A stretch of DNA of 64,000 nt. It comes from an uncultured Solirubrobacterales bacterium (lineage in GTDB: Bacteria; Actinomycetota; Thermoleophilia; Solirubrobacterales; 70-9). Where the stretch lies: the NCBI GenBank assembly GCA_963762205.1, contig CAVXJZ010000003.1, positions 491,371-555,370 on the forward strand. The letters run 5' to 3'. The position numbers and the translations under genes are program-made. This document shows, one piece after another, positions 54,203 to 64,000 of the stretch (the stretch's first letter is position 1; each line of letters begins with the position of its first letter). The notes beneath the pieces are model-generated. The model made no database searches. It saw only the letters and a program-made list of their open reading frames with translations, and was not told where the DNA came from.

Positions 54203-54490
54203 ATGAAGCTGAAGCCCCTCGGGGACCGGCTGATCGTCAAGCCGATCGATGAGGAGGAGACGACCGCGAGCGGAATCGTCCTTCCCGACACGGCCAAAGA
54301 GAAGCCGCAGAAGGGCAAGGTCGTCGCCGTCGGCGACGGCGCGGTCAACGAGGACGGCAGTCGCCGCCCGCTCGACGTGGGCGAGGGCGACGAGGTCCTC
54401 TACTCCAAATACGGCGGCACCGAGGTCACGGTCGAAGACGAGGAACTGCTCGTTCTACGCGAGTCGGACGTCCTCGCCAAGATCGGCTGA
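54203..54490 (+). CDS. groES: Co-chaperonin GroES
   Basis: [41 protein letters not shown]...[14 protein letters not shown] lies 8-12 nt upstream of the ATG. Confidence 0.97.
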   Translation: MKLKPLGDRLIVKPIDEEETTASGIVLPDTAKEKPQKGKVVAVGDGAVNEDGSRRPLDVGEGDEVLYSKYGGTEVTVEDEELLVLRESDVLAKIG

Positions 54491-54529
54491 GCACGCCAAA
54501 ACGGACTTAGAAGAACCAAGGAGGACTGA

Positions 54530-56179
<1,650 letters not shown>

Positions 56180-56264
56180 GCACGCCGCCGGGCCGAGTCG
56201 GCCCAGGCGCCCCGGGCGACGATCTCGCCCGCGTATCCTCGCCTCAACAGGCGAGTGGCTTTCC

Positions 56265-56292
56265 GAGAGGCCCGGCGATCGCCGGGCCTCTC
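56265..56292. terminator. Perfect 28-nt GC-rich palindrome (14-bp arms, no unpaired spacer) downstream of groEL
   Basis: GAGAGGCCCGGCGA/TCGCCGGGCCTCTC lies 86 nt after the groEL stop, in the convergent intergenic region. No T-tract follows, as is common in high-GC genomes. Confidence 0.5.
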
Positions 56293-56360
56293 GTGTCTCA
56301 GCCCGGCACTCTCATCGCGCCACCCGCGTGCCCCGCCCGGCCATCCTCCCCACAATGACC

Positions 56361-56410
56361 GCCGACGGGCCGAAAAACGAAGCCGGACCGCGTTTTTCGG
56401 CCCCGTCGGC
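56361..56410 (-). terminator. Long imperfect hairpin immediately downstream of the GH26-like gene
   Basis: GCCGACGGGCCGAAAAACG...CGTTTTTCGGCCCCGTCGGC has ~19-bp arms with one bulge. It ends 2 nt from the TAG at 56413-56415. Confidence 0.45.
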
Positions 56411-56412
56411 GG

Positions 56413-57564
56413 CTAGGGAGTGGGTGACGGTTCGACAGTGGGCGTCGCCGGTGGCGCCGGCGACTTCCCTTTGTTCGCCTTCTTCGGCAGCGGCGGCAGC
56501 GTGGCGGCGTTGTAATCGGCGTAGGCGAGGAAGCTCGCGCGGCGGATCTTCCTGCGGAGAGTGTTGGTCGTCCGCGGATACGCCCCGAGCGCGTAGGGGT
56601 TCCCCGTGTCGCCGAAGCCGCGGTAGTAGACGAGCATCCGCACCCGTTTCCGCCTCACGGTCCAGGCGATCAGGCGCTTGACGAAGCGCGGGTCGTCCTC
56701 ACCAGCGACGGCCCACTCCGTGAGCGAGAAGGGCTTGCCCCGCCAGTGCCTGCCGCGGAAGAAGCGGTTGAGGTCCTTCCAGACCGGATACTGCGAGTAG
56801 AGGTCGGTCCCGACCCAGTCGACGAAGCGCGCGCCCGGCCAGTAGTTGCCGGGGCCGTTGCCCCTGACCCGCGGCGAGCCGCCGGGCAGCGGGCTCCAGA
56901 TCATGCTGACGGGCGCCGCCGGCAGGGCAGTCGGGTTTGGGCCCTTCGACCTCTTCAGCGGTGGTAGGCCGATGCGGGCGAGAGCGACGTTGAGCCCGGC
57001 CAGGGTCTGGCCACCGCGGACGATCAGCGCAATCCTCCGGAACGCCTGCTTGTACCAGCCCGCCGTGTGTTCGCCCCCTTTCCGGCTGCCGTCGCAGTTG
57101 ACGGGCGACCAGGGGTTGAGGCAGCGATTGGGCTCGCCCAGCGGCCGGATGTAGGCGGGAGGCCCGTGGACGGCGAGGAAGTCGTTGAGCTGCAGCAGGT
57201 AGTCGTCGCCTCCGCCGAGCGCGATCTGCTGGGGAGTGATGATCTCGGCCAGGGTCTGGTCGTCGGCCGTCGAGATGTGCAGGATCGGCCGGGTGGCGGT
57301 CTCGCGCCAGCGTTCGTACGCCGCGTTGAGGCTGTTGCCCCAGGGGTGGAAGGTCTGCAGCAGGGCGGGATGCTTGCGCACGTAGTAGCCGAACTCGTTG
57401 AACTCGGCCGTGCTGCCACGGTCGCTGACGCCGAAGAAGACGTTCGGCTTGGGCGGGACGAGGGTCAGTGCCGGCGCGGTCGCCGGGCCGAGCGCCATCG
57501 CCGAGACGAAGGCGGCGAGGGCCGCCCAGGGGCGCAGCGAGCGCCTAGGCCTCCTCCAGGACAT
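56413..57564 (-). CDS. Secreted glycoside hydrolase, GH26-like candidate
   Basis: Signal-like N-terminus (RSLRPWAALAAFVSAMALGPATAPA). HPWGN, YIRPLGEPN (acid/base-type E) and FSLTEWAV (nucleophile-type E). Lys/Pro-rich C-terminal tail. Confidence 0.5.
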   Translation of the reverse strand: MSWRRPRRSLRPWAALAAFVSAMALGPATAPALTLVPPKPNVFFGVSDRGSTAEFNEFGYYVRKHPALLQTFHPWGNSLNAAYERWRETATRPILHISTADDQTLAEIITPQQIALGGGDDYLLQLNDFLAVHGPPAYIRPLGEPNRCLNPWSPVNCDGSRKGGEHTAGWYKQAFRRIALIVRGGQTLAGLNVALARIGLPPLKRSKGPNPTALPAAPVSMIWSPLPGGSPRVRGNGPGNYWPGARFVDWVGTDLYSQYPVWKDLNRFFRGRHWRGKPFSLTEWAVAGEDDPRFVKRLIAWTVRRKRVRMLVYYRGFGDTGNPYALGAYPRTTNTLRRKIRRASFLAYADYNAATLPPLPKKANKGKSPAPPATPTVEPSPTP

Positions 57565-58426
57565 CGCTCATCCTCCTCGGCTCGACTCCGAGTGCATTGG
57601 CATCGGTGGTACCGCGTTCGGTGGTCATCGAAACCTCCATCAGCTCCGCCTCCTCCCACGTTGCAAACACGGACTCGCCGAAAAGGGAGCGCGTCGCAAG
57701 CAGGCCCGCGCGGACCAGGCCGAGTGGCAGGTGGACCAGCGGACGGGGCCGGCCGGCGGCGCGGCTGACCAGATCCGACATGCCGTCGTAGGTGAGCGTC
57801 TCGGGCCCCGCCAGCTCGTATCGGCCCCCGCCGCCCCCGGCGAGCGCCGCGACCACGCAGCGGGCGGCGTCGGCCGCCCAGATCGGCTGGAAGCGCGCCG
57901 TCCCCTTCCCGGACACCGGCATGACCGGCAGGAATGAGAACCGCCGCAGGAGCGTCACCCACGGGTCGGAGCGGTCGTACACGATCGAGGGGGCGAAGAC
58001 GATCGACTCGAGCTGGGAGGACTCGACCGCCCGCTCGGCCAGCCACTTGGCGCGGAAGAACCGCGTGCGCTGGGCGGCGGAGGCGTTGAGGGCACTGAAG
58101 AAGACGAAGCGGCGGACGCCGCTGCGCTCGGCCGCGCGCAGCAGGCGCACGGTGGCGAGGCCGTTCAGCTCCTCGATCCGGTGATGGGGCTGGTCGCGGA
58201 TCGTCGCCGCAAGGTGGACGACGGTGTCGACCCCGCGCAGCGCCTGGCGGACGAGATAGGGATCTGACATCTCGCCGAGGTCGCCGAGCGCGATCTGCAC
58301 GTCTACCCGCCGATCCCCGAGGCGCCGCGGCTCGCGCACCAGACAGCGGACCTCCTCGCCCTCCGCAAGCAAAAGCGGCAGCAGGCGGGATCCGATGCTT
58401 CCGGTTGCCCCTGTCAGCAGCAGCAT
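57545..58426 (-). CDS. NAD(P)H-binding SDR-family protein (NmrA/NDUFA9-like)
   Basis: ORF 57545..58594 was trimmed to the ATG at 58426 (position from codon counting). MLLLTGATGSIGSRLLPLL..., VVHLAATI, RFVFFSAL. 293 aa. Confidence 0.65.
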   Translation of the reverse strand: MLLLTGATGSIGSRLLPLLLAEGEEVRCLVREPRRLGDRRVDVQIALGDLGEMSDPYLVRQALRGVDTVVHLAATIRDQPHHRIEELNGLATVRLLRAAERSGVRRFVFFSALNASAAQRTRFFRAKWLAERAVESSQLESIVFAPSIVYDRSDPWVTLLRRFSFLPVMPVSGKGTARFQPIWAADAARCVVAALAGGGGGRYELAGPETLTYDGMSDLVSRAAGRPRPLVHLPLGLVRAGLLATRSLFGESVFATWEEAELMEVSMTTERGTTDANALGVEPRRMSDVLEEA

Positions 58427-58513
58427 CGGCACATCATCCCTAAAATGTCCGCTCGCGCCGGCGGGGGATGCTTCGCGGCGCACTGCAAAGACGACCCAGG
58501 AGACAAGGCCCCA

Positions 58514-58786
58514 ATGACCTACGTGATCGCCGAGCCGTGCATCGGCACCAAGGACAACTCGTGTGTCGAGGTTTGCCCGGTGGACTGCATCCACCCGACC
58601 CCGGACGAGCCCGATTACGACTCGGTCGAGATGCTCTACATCGATCCCGACGAGTGCATCGACTGCGATGCCTGTGTCGAGGCCTGCCCGGTCGACGCCT
58701 GCTTCGCCGAGGACCAGCTCCCCGCCGAGTGGGCCAAATACGCAGAGGTCAACGCCGAGTACTACAAGAGCAAGAGCGCGGCCTAG
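58514..58786 (+). CDS. fdxA: 7Fe ferredoxin (3Fe-4S + 4Fe-4S, FdxA type)
   Basis: The internal ATG at 58514. MTYVIAEPCIGTKDNSCVEVCPVDCIHP...IDPDECIDCDACVEACPV shows the canonical Cys pattern. 90 aa. Confidence 0.85.
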   Translation: MTYVIAEPCIGTKDNSCVEVCPVDCIHPTPDEPDYDSVEMLYIDPDECIDCDACVEACPVDACFAEDQLPAEWAKYAEVNAEYYKSKSAA

Positions 58787-58791
58787 CGGCG

Positions 58792-59937
58792 TTGGCCGCC
58801 ACCTACGAGATCCCGCAGGAGTCCCGCGACCTGCGGGACATGGTGCGTCGGCTCGCGCAGGAGAAGATCGCTCCGCGGGCCGGTGAGATCGATCGCCAGG
58901 GCGAGTATCCCTGGGACGTGCGCGAGCTGCTCGCCGAGCACGACATCCTCGGCCTGCCCTTCCCCGAGTCCTACGGCGGAACGGGCACCGGCACCCTGGT
59001 CCTGCAGATGGCGGTCGAGGAGATCGCCAAGGCCTGCGCCTCCTCGGCCCTGATCCTGATGATCCAGGAGCTCGGCACCCTGCCGATCCAGCTCTTCGGC
59101 TCGGATGAGCTGAAGCAGCGCTTCCTGCCCAAGTGCGCGGCCGGCGAGTGGTCGCCCGCCTTCGCGCTCTCCGAGCCGGAGGCCGGGAGCGACCCCGCCT
59201 CGATGCGGACCACCGCCGTCCGCGACGGCGACGAGTGGGTGATCAACGGCCAGAAGAACTGGATCACCAACGCCTCGATCGCCGACTTCTACGTCGTCTT
59301 CGCGATCACCGATCGGGAGAACAGGCGGATCAGCGCCTTCGTCGTCGAGAAGGAGCGCGAGGGGTTCGACCCCGGCAAGCTCGAGCACAAGCTCGGGATC
59401 AAGGGCTCGCCCACCGGCTCGCCGACCTTCACCGACGTGCGCGTCCCGCAGGAGAACCTCGTCGGGACCGAGGGCAAGGGCCTCGGGGTCGCGCTCGGGA
59501 CGTTGGAGCGGACGCGCCTCGGCGCGGCGGCGCAGGCGGTCGGGATCGCCCAGGGCGCGACCGACTACGCCAACGAGTACGCGAAGGAGCGGATCGCCTT
59601 CGGCAAGCCGATCAACAATCTGCAGGCGATCCAGTTCAAGCTCGCCGACATGGAGACCGGCACCGCGGCGGCCCGCGAGCTCCTCTACAAGGCCTGCTCG
59701 ATGGCCGACATGCCGGAGCGGCCCGCCGACCTCGGCAAGTGGACCTCGATGGCCAAGCTCTTCGCCTCCGACAACGCGATGCGGGTCACGGTCGAGGCGA
59801 TCCAGGTGCTGGGCGGGTACGGCTACGTCAACGAGTACCCGGTCGAGCGCATGCTGCGCGACGCCAAGATCACTCAGATCTACGAGGGCACGAACGAGAT
59901 TCAGCGCGTCGTCATCGCGCGCGCGATGGGCGCCTAG
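58792..59937 (+). CDS. Acyl-CoA dehydrogenase
   Basis: ORF 58468..59937 was trimmed to the TTG at 58792, 3 nt after the fdxA stop codon. FALSEPEAGSDPASM, NGQKNWITNA, GIKGSPT, YEGTNEIQRVVIAR. About 381 aa, the normal ACAD length. Confidence 0.9.
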   Translation: MAATYEIPQESRDLRDMVRRLAQEKIAPRAGEIDRQGEYPWDVRELLAEHDILGLPFPESYGGTGTGTLVLQMAVEEIAKACASSALILMIQELGTLPIQLFGSDELKQRFLPKCAAGEWSPAFALSEPEAGSDPASMRTTAVRDGDEWVINGQKNWITNASIADFYVVFAITDRENRRISAFVVEKEREGFDPGKLEHKLGIKGSPTGSPTFTDVRVPQENLVGTEGKGLGVALGTLERTRLGAAAQAVGIAQGATDYANEYAKERIAFGKPINNLQAIQFKLADMETGTAAARELLYKACSMADMPERPADLGKWTSMAKLFASDNAMRVTVEAIQVLGGYGYVNEYPVERMLRDAKITQIYEGTNEIQRVVIARAMGA

Positions 59938-59943
59938 CGGCGC

Positions 59944-61083
59944 CTACGCCATCGGTAGCGGCGTGCCGCCGACCGCCGGCGGCTCGGCGGACGCCGGCGT
60001 CGCCTGCAGCACCGGAAGCTCCTGCGGGGTGGCGGCGACGATGCCGCGGGCGGCCTGCCGGATCGCCTGCGAGGCGGGTGAGTCGGGCTCCGCCGTGACC
60101 AGCGGCGTGCCGGAGTCCGCGTGCTCGCGCAGCGGCTCGGAGAGCGGCACCTTGCCGAGCAGTGGGATCTCGAGCTCGTCGGCGAGCAGCTGGCCGCCGC
60201 CCTCGCCGAAGATCGTGAAGCGCTCCCCGTCGGGCGTGGTGAAGCCGGACATGTTCTCGATCGCCCCGAGCAGCTCGAGGTCGAATTTCTTCGCCATCTC
60301 GGCGCCGCGCTTGGCGACCGACTGGGCGGCCGGCTGCGGCGTGGTCACGATCAGGAACTTCGCCTGCGGGAGCAGCTGGGCGAGGGTCATCGAGACGTCG
60401 CCGGTTCCCGGCGGGAGGTCGAGCAGCAGGTACTCGAGCTCGCCCCAGGCGACGTCCTCGAGGAACTGCTGGATCGCTTTGTGGAGCATCGGCCCGCGCC
60501 AGACCACGGCGGCGTTCTCCTCGACGAAGAAGCCGATCGACATCACCTTCACCCCGCCGGCCGCCTCGAGAGGGAGGATCTTGCGCTCGGCGTTGACCTC
60601 CGGTTTGCGGTTGACGCCGAGCATGCGCGGGATCGAGTAGCCGTAGACGTCGCAGTCGAGGGCGCCGCTCGGGTGACCTTCGGCGGTCAGCGCCGCGGCG
60701 AGGTTGGCGGTCATCGTCGACTTGCCCACACCGCCCTTGCCCGAGGCGACGCAGATCACGTTCTTGACCTGGGCGAGCGCGCCCTCCGGCAGCTTGCCGC
60801 GGCCGAGCGTCTGCTGCAGGTCGCCCTTCTCCTCGTCGGAGAGGACGTCGAAGCCGACCGCGACCTCGGTCACCCCGTCGAGCTCGGAGACCTGCTTCGC
60901 GACCGCCTGTTCGAAATGGGAGCGGATCGGACAGCCGGCGGTGGTCAGCGAGACGACCACCTCGACCCGGCCGTCGTCCCTGATCTCGATCGAGCGCACC
61001 ATGCCCAGCTCGACGATCGAGCGGCGCAGCTCGGGGTCGATCACGGCCCGCAGCTTCTCGGTGATCTGCTCCTTGGTCGGCAT
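59944..61083 (-). CDS. apbC: Fe-S cluster carrier ATPase Mrp/ApbC (DUF59 + ParA-like NTPase)
   Basis: The ATG at 61083 (by codon counting). VIDPELRRSIVELGMV (DUF59), VASGKGGVGKST (deviant Walker A), LLLDLPPGTGD, ENMSGF. Confidence 0.9.
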   Translation of the reverse strand: MPTKEQITEKLRAVIDPELRRSIVELGMVRSIEIRDDGRVEVVVSLTTAGCPIRSHFEQAVAKQVSELDGVTEVAVGFDVLSDEEKGDLQQTLGRGKLPEGALAQVKNVICVASGKGGVGKSTMTANLAAALTAEGHPSGALDCDVYGYSIPRMLGVNRKPEVNAERKILPLEAAGGVKVMSIGFFVEENAAVVWRGPMLHKAIQQFLEDVAWGELEYLLLDLPPGTGDVSMTLAQLLPQAKFLIVTTPQPAAQSVAKRGAEMAKKFDLELLGAIENMSGFTTPDGERFTIFGEGGGQLLADELEIPLLGKVPLSEPLREHADSGTPLVTAEPDSPASQAIRQAARGIVAATPQELPVLQATPASAEPPAVGGTPLPMA

Positions 61084-61204
61084 CGGCCCATTCTCGCAAA
61101 GCGGCGCAGCCGGACGTGTCGAGGGGGGGACGCGACCGTGAGGGGGGAGAGATCGCGCCGCCAGGCCCTTAGGGCCTCCGATGCCGTCGAGCGAAGGAGG
61201 ATCC

Positions 61205-63492
61205 ATGTCGGGAACGCGGGGAGGTCGCGGCCGTATCGTCGCGATGGGAATCGGGCTGGCCCTGGTGCTGCTCCTGGTCGGGGCGGGCGAGGCGAGGGCC
61301 GGCAAGTACGCGGTCGCGCAGTGCGGCTGGCACCTCGGATCCGATGCGGCCTGGGCGGACACGACCGGCGGCGCCAAGTTTCGGCCCGATTCCTACTGCG
61401 CGACGCCGGCGGCCGCCGATCCCTTCGACGGTGCCCACCTGAAGAGCTTCACGCGCGCCGGCCAGCAGACGGTCTCCGGCACACGCTTCGCGCGCTGGCG
61501 CTGGACGGCGCCGCCCGGAACCGGCATCGTCCAGGTGCGCGGCACCTGGTGGCACGCGCTCCACGACGGCCTCGAGCAGCGGCTCGGCACCGACGGTGGC
61601 GACGGCGGCTTCGCCCCGTTCGCAACCGCCGCCTCGACCGACGTCACCCTGCGCGACTTCGTCGCCGGCTTCTCCCCTCCGCAGCGCGCCTTCGAAGACC
61701 GCCTGCTCTGCGCTCGCGGCGAGAGCAGGTGGTGCAGCCTCGAACCCGGCTCCTGGTCGGGCCTGAGAGCCCTGACGATCACCGTCGAGGACGACTCTCC
61801 TCCGGCCGCGGGCCTGGCCGGCGGCCTGCTTGCCGGCGGCTGGCAGCGGGGCAGTCGCGAGATCGGCTTCTGGGCCGGCGAGCTCGGCGGGGGCGCCCGC
61901 TTCGCCGAGACGATGGTCGACGGCGCCCGCGTCAACCTGACCGAGTACCCCTGCGCGAAGGCGCTGATCGGGGGCGAGTGGCGAGCGACCCAGATGCAGC
62001 CCTGCCCGCTCGGCCCCTCGGGCAGCGCGGTCGTCGACACGACGCGCTTCAGCGACGGCCCCCACGCGGTCAATCACTGCGTTACCGATTTCGCCGGCAA
62101 CCTCGGCTGCACGGCGTCGAGGACGGTTGCGGTCGACAACAACCCACCGGCTCATCCGCGGTCGGCCCACACCGAGGGAGGGGACGGCTGGCGCCGCGTC
62201 AACGACTTCGACGTCGCCTGGGACAACCCCGACCAGGGGCCGGCCAGCCCGATCTGGGGCGCCTACTGGCGGATCACCGGCGGCGCCGGCTACGACAGCG
62301 GCGTCGGCTTCGCCGGCGGGCGCGACATCGCCTCGCTCCCGAACCGCTCGCTGCCCGCTCCGGGCCAGTATGTCCTTCGCCTCTGGCTTCGCGACGAAGC
62401 GGGGAACGATGCGCCGGCGACGGCGGTTGAGGTGCCGCTTCGCCTGGACAACGTCGCGCCCGGAGTCGCCTTCGCGGCCGACAGCGGGCCCGGCTTCCCG
62501 GATTCGATCCGCGCCGATATCCACGACGAGCATTCGGGCCCGGCCGGGGGCGAGCTCCGCTACCGGCGCCTGGGGACCGATTCGTGGTCCGATCTCTCCG
62601 CCCGCTTCGTCAGCGGCGAGGGCCTCCGGATCGCAGCTCGTCGCCCGCCTCCCCGAGTCGCTCCCGCCGGGCATCTACGTCTTTCGAGCCGAGGCGGCGG
62701 ACGCGGCCGGCAACTCCGCCGCGACGACGCGTCGCGCCGACGGGACCGAGATGACCCTGCGCAAGCCGGTCGCCGGCGCCGGCGCAGCGCGGCCAGGGGG
62801 ATGGCGGCGGCGGGAGGGCCGGGCGGGGAGGGGCCGTCGCGCGCGGCAAGACCCGCATCTTCGCCCGCCTGCGCTGGCGCCGCAGGCGCGGGACCTCGGT
62901 GACGGTGCCCTTCGGCGCCCGCGCGGTCCTCAGCGGACGCCTCGTCGACGCCGACGGCGCCGGCCTCCGTGGCCGGCGGATCAGGGTCGCCGCGAGGTCC
63001 TCGCGCGGAGCCCTGTCCCCGACCTCCTTCGCCTCGGTGAGGACCGGCCCCCACGGGGGCTTCCGCCTCGAGATGCGCGCCGGGCCGTCGCGCAAGCTCA
63101 CCGTTCTCTTCCGGGGGGAGAGGAGGCTGAGGCGCGCCCGCCGCGCGCGACTCTCCCTGCGGGTGCGGGGCGGGGTCGTCTTTCACGCCGCCCCCGCCTC
63201 CCTGCGCACGGGCGAGGCGGTCCGGCTCTGGGGCCGGGTCCGGGCCCAGGGCGCTCCCCTGCCGCGCCGCGGCAAGCTGGTCGCCGTGCAGTACCGGGAG
63301 GCGGCGACCGGGCGCTGGCGACCGGTGCTCGTCACCCGCAGCGATCACAGCGGGCACTTCAGCGCCCGCTACCGCTTCCGCTACGTCAGCGGCAGCGCCC
63401 GCATCCGGCTGCGGGCGGTGGCGCTGCCCGAGGAGCGCTGGCCCTACGCGCCCGGCGCCTCGCGGCCGCGCCTGGTCAGGGTCAGTGGCTGA
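61205..63492 (+). pseudogene. Large secreted protein of unknown function, reading frame broken twice (apparent +1 shifts)
   Basis: - ATG 61205 is preceded by GAAGGAGG, and a signal peptide follows (IVAMGIGLALVLLLVGAGEARA).
- The frame of ORF 61181..62902 is credible up to ...[10 protein letters not shown].
- The protein continues in the frame of ORF 62127 ([33 protein letters not shown]...).
- It then continues in the frame of ORF 62899..63492 ([11 protein letters not shown]...[19 protein letters not shown]...).
- The junctions lie at about 62615-62630 and 62770-62845. Confidence 0.55.
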
Positions 63493-63533
63493 GGGGGCCG
63501 CGCGGCCGCCGGAGATCGATAGGGTGGGCGGCG

Positions 63534-63992
63534 ATGTCGCAGGCGACCTTGCAGACCAACGCCGGCCCGATCGTGATCGAGCTGCACGACGAGGACGCGC
63601 CGAAGACCGTCGAGAACTTCCGCAAGCTGGCCGGCGACGGGTTCTACGACGACCTCAACTTCCACCGGGTGATCCCGGACTTCATGATCCAGGGCGGCTG
63701 CCCCGAGGGCACCGGCCGCGGCGGGCCCGGCTACACCTTCGAGGACGAGTTCAACGACCACAAGATCGTCCGCGGGGCGCTGGCGATGGCGAACGCCGGG
63801 CCGAACACAAACGGCTCGCAGTTCTTCATCGTCACCACCGAGGCCGCCTCCTGGCTCGACGGCAAGCACACCGTGTTCGGCGCGGTCGTCGACGGCATGG
63901 ACGCGGTCGACGCGATCGAGTCGGTCCCGACCGATGGCTCCGACCGGCCGGTGGAGCCGCAGAAGATCGAACGCGTCGACCTCTCCGACTAG
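63534..63992 (+). CDS. Peptidyl-prolyl cis-trans isomerase, cyclophilin type
   Basis: The ATG at 63534 in the tail of ORF 62127..63992. [49 protein letters not shown]. 152 aa. Confidence 0.95.
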   Translation: MSQATLQTNAGPIVIELHDEDAPKTVENFRKLAGDGFYDDLNFHRVIPDFMIQGGCPEGTGRGGPGYTFEDEFNDHKIVRGALAMANAGPNTNGSQFFIVTTEAASWLDGKHTVFGAVVDGMDAVDAIESVPTDGSDRPVEPQKIERVDLSD

Positions 63993-64000
63993 GCGCTCTC

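Noticed and set aside
61181-61204. The upstream start (61181) offered for the large secreted protein.
   Set aside because: The ATG at 61205 is preceded at optimal distance by GAAGGAGG and is followed directly by the signal peptide. The eight extra codons would include the SD sequence itself.

Overview
This is a very GC-rich (about 70% by eye), gene-dense bacterial chromosome segment. GroES/GroEL behind a CIRCE operator, Lhr, a 7Fe ferredoxin, frequent GTG/TTG starts and ATGA/GTGA stop-start overlaps suggest a high-GC Actinomycetota-type organism; this is inference only. I recognised no rRNA, tRNA, CRISPR, transposase or phage genes.

Positions ~1-45,000 form one very large cell-surface glycan locus. 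It contains:
- dTDP-L-rhamnose genes (rmlA-rmlD-rmlB, rmlC, and a second rmlD-like gene), gmd, and further SDR epimerase/reductases;
- at least 11 soluble GT2/GT4/GT-A glycosyltransferase domains and three to four large GT-C-like polytopic membrane proteins;
- four SAM-methyltransferase genes or domains, a CE4 deacetylase, a GNAT and an AlgX/AlgJ-like protein;
- a Wzt/Wzm ABC exporter whose Wzt carries a C-terminal carbohydrate-binding-type extension, a WbaP-like initiating phosphoglycosyltransferase, and a Wzy_C+TPR 'O-antigen-ligase-like' protein.

This parts list matches ABC-transporter-dependent, methyl-capped O-antigen or S-layer-glycan (slg-type) pathways. A Gly/Ser-rich, membrane-anchored ORF sits divergently next to the Wzy_C gene and could be a glycosylation substrate.

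Positions 45-64 kb are housekeeping: lhr, a Crp-family regulator, pcm, an RTX-like secreted protein, ASCH, SRPBCC, CIRCE-groES-groEL, a GH26-like protein, an SDR, fdxA, an acyl-CoA dehydrogenase, mrp/apbC, a large secreted protein and a cyclophilin.

Seven apparent reading-frame disruptions are concentrated in four long genes: a tri-domain GT/methyltransferase, a tandem GT2, lhr and the secreted protein. Sequence alone cannot tell whether these are assembly indels or real pseudogenisation.
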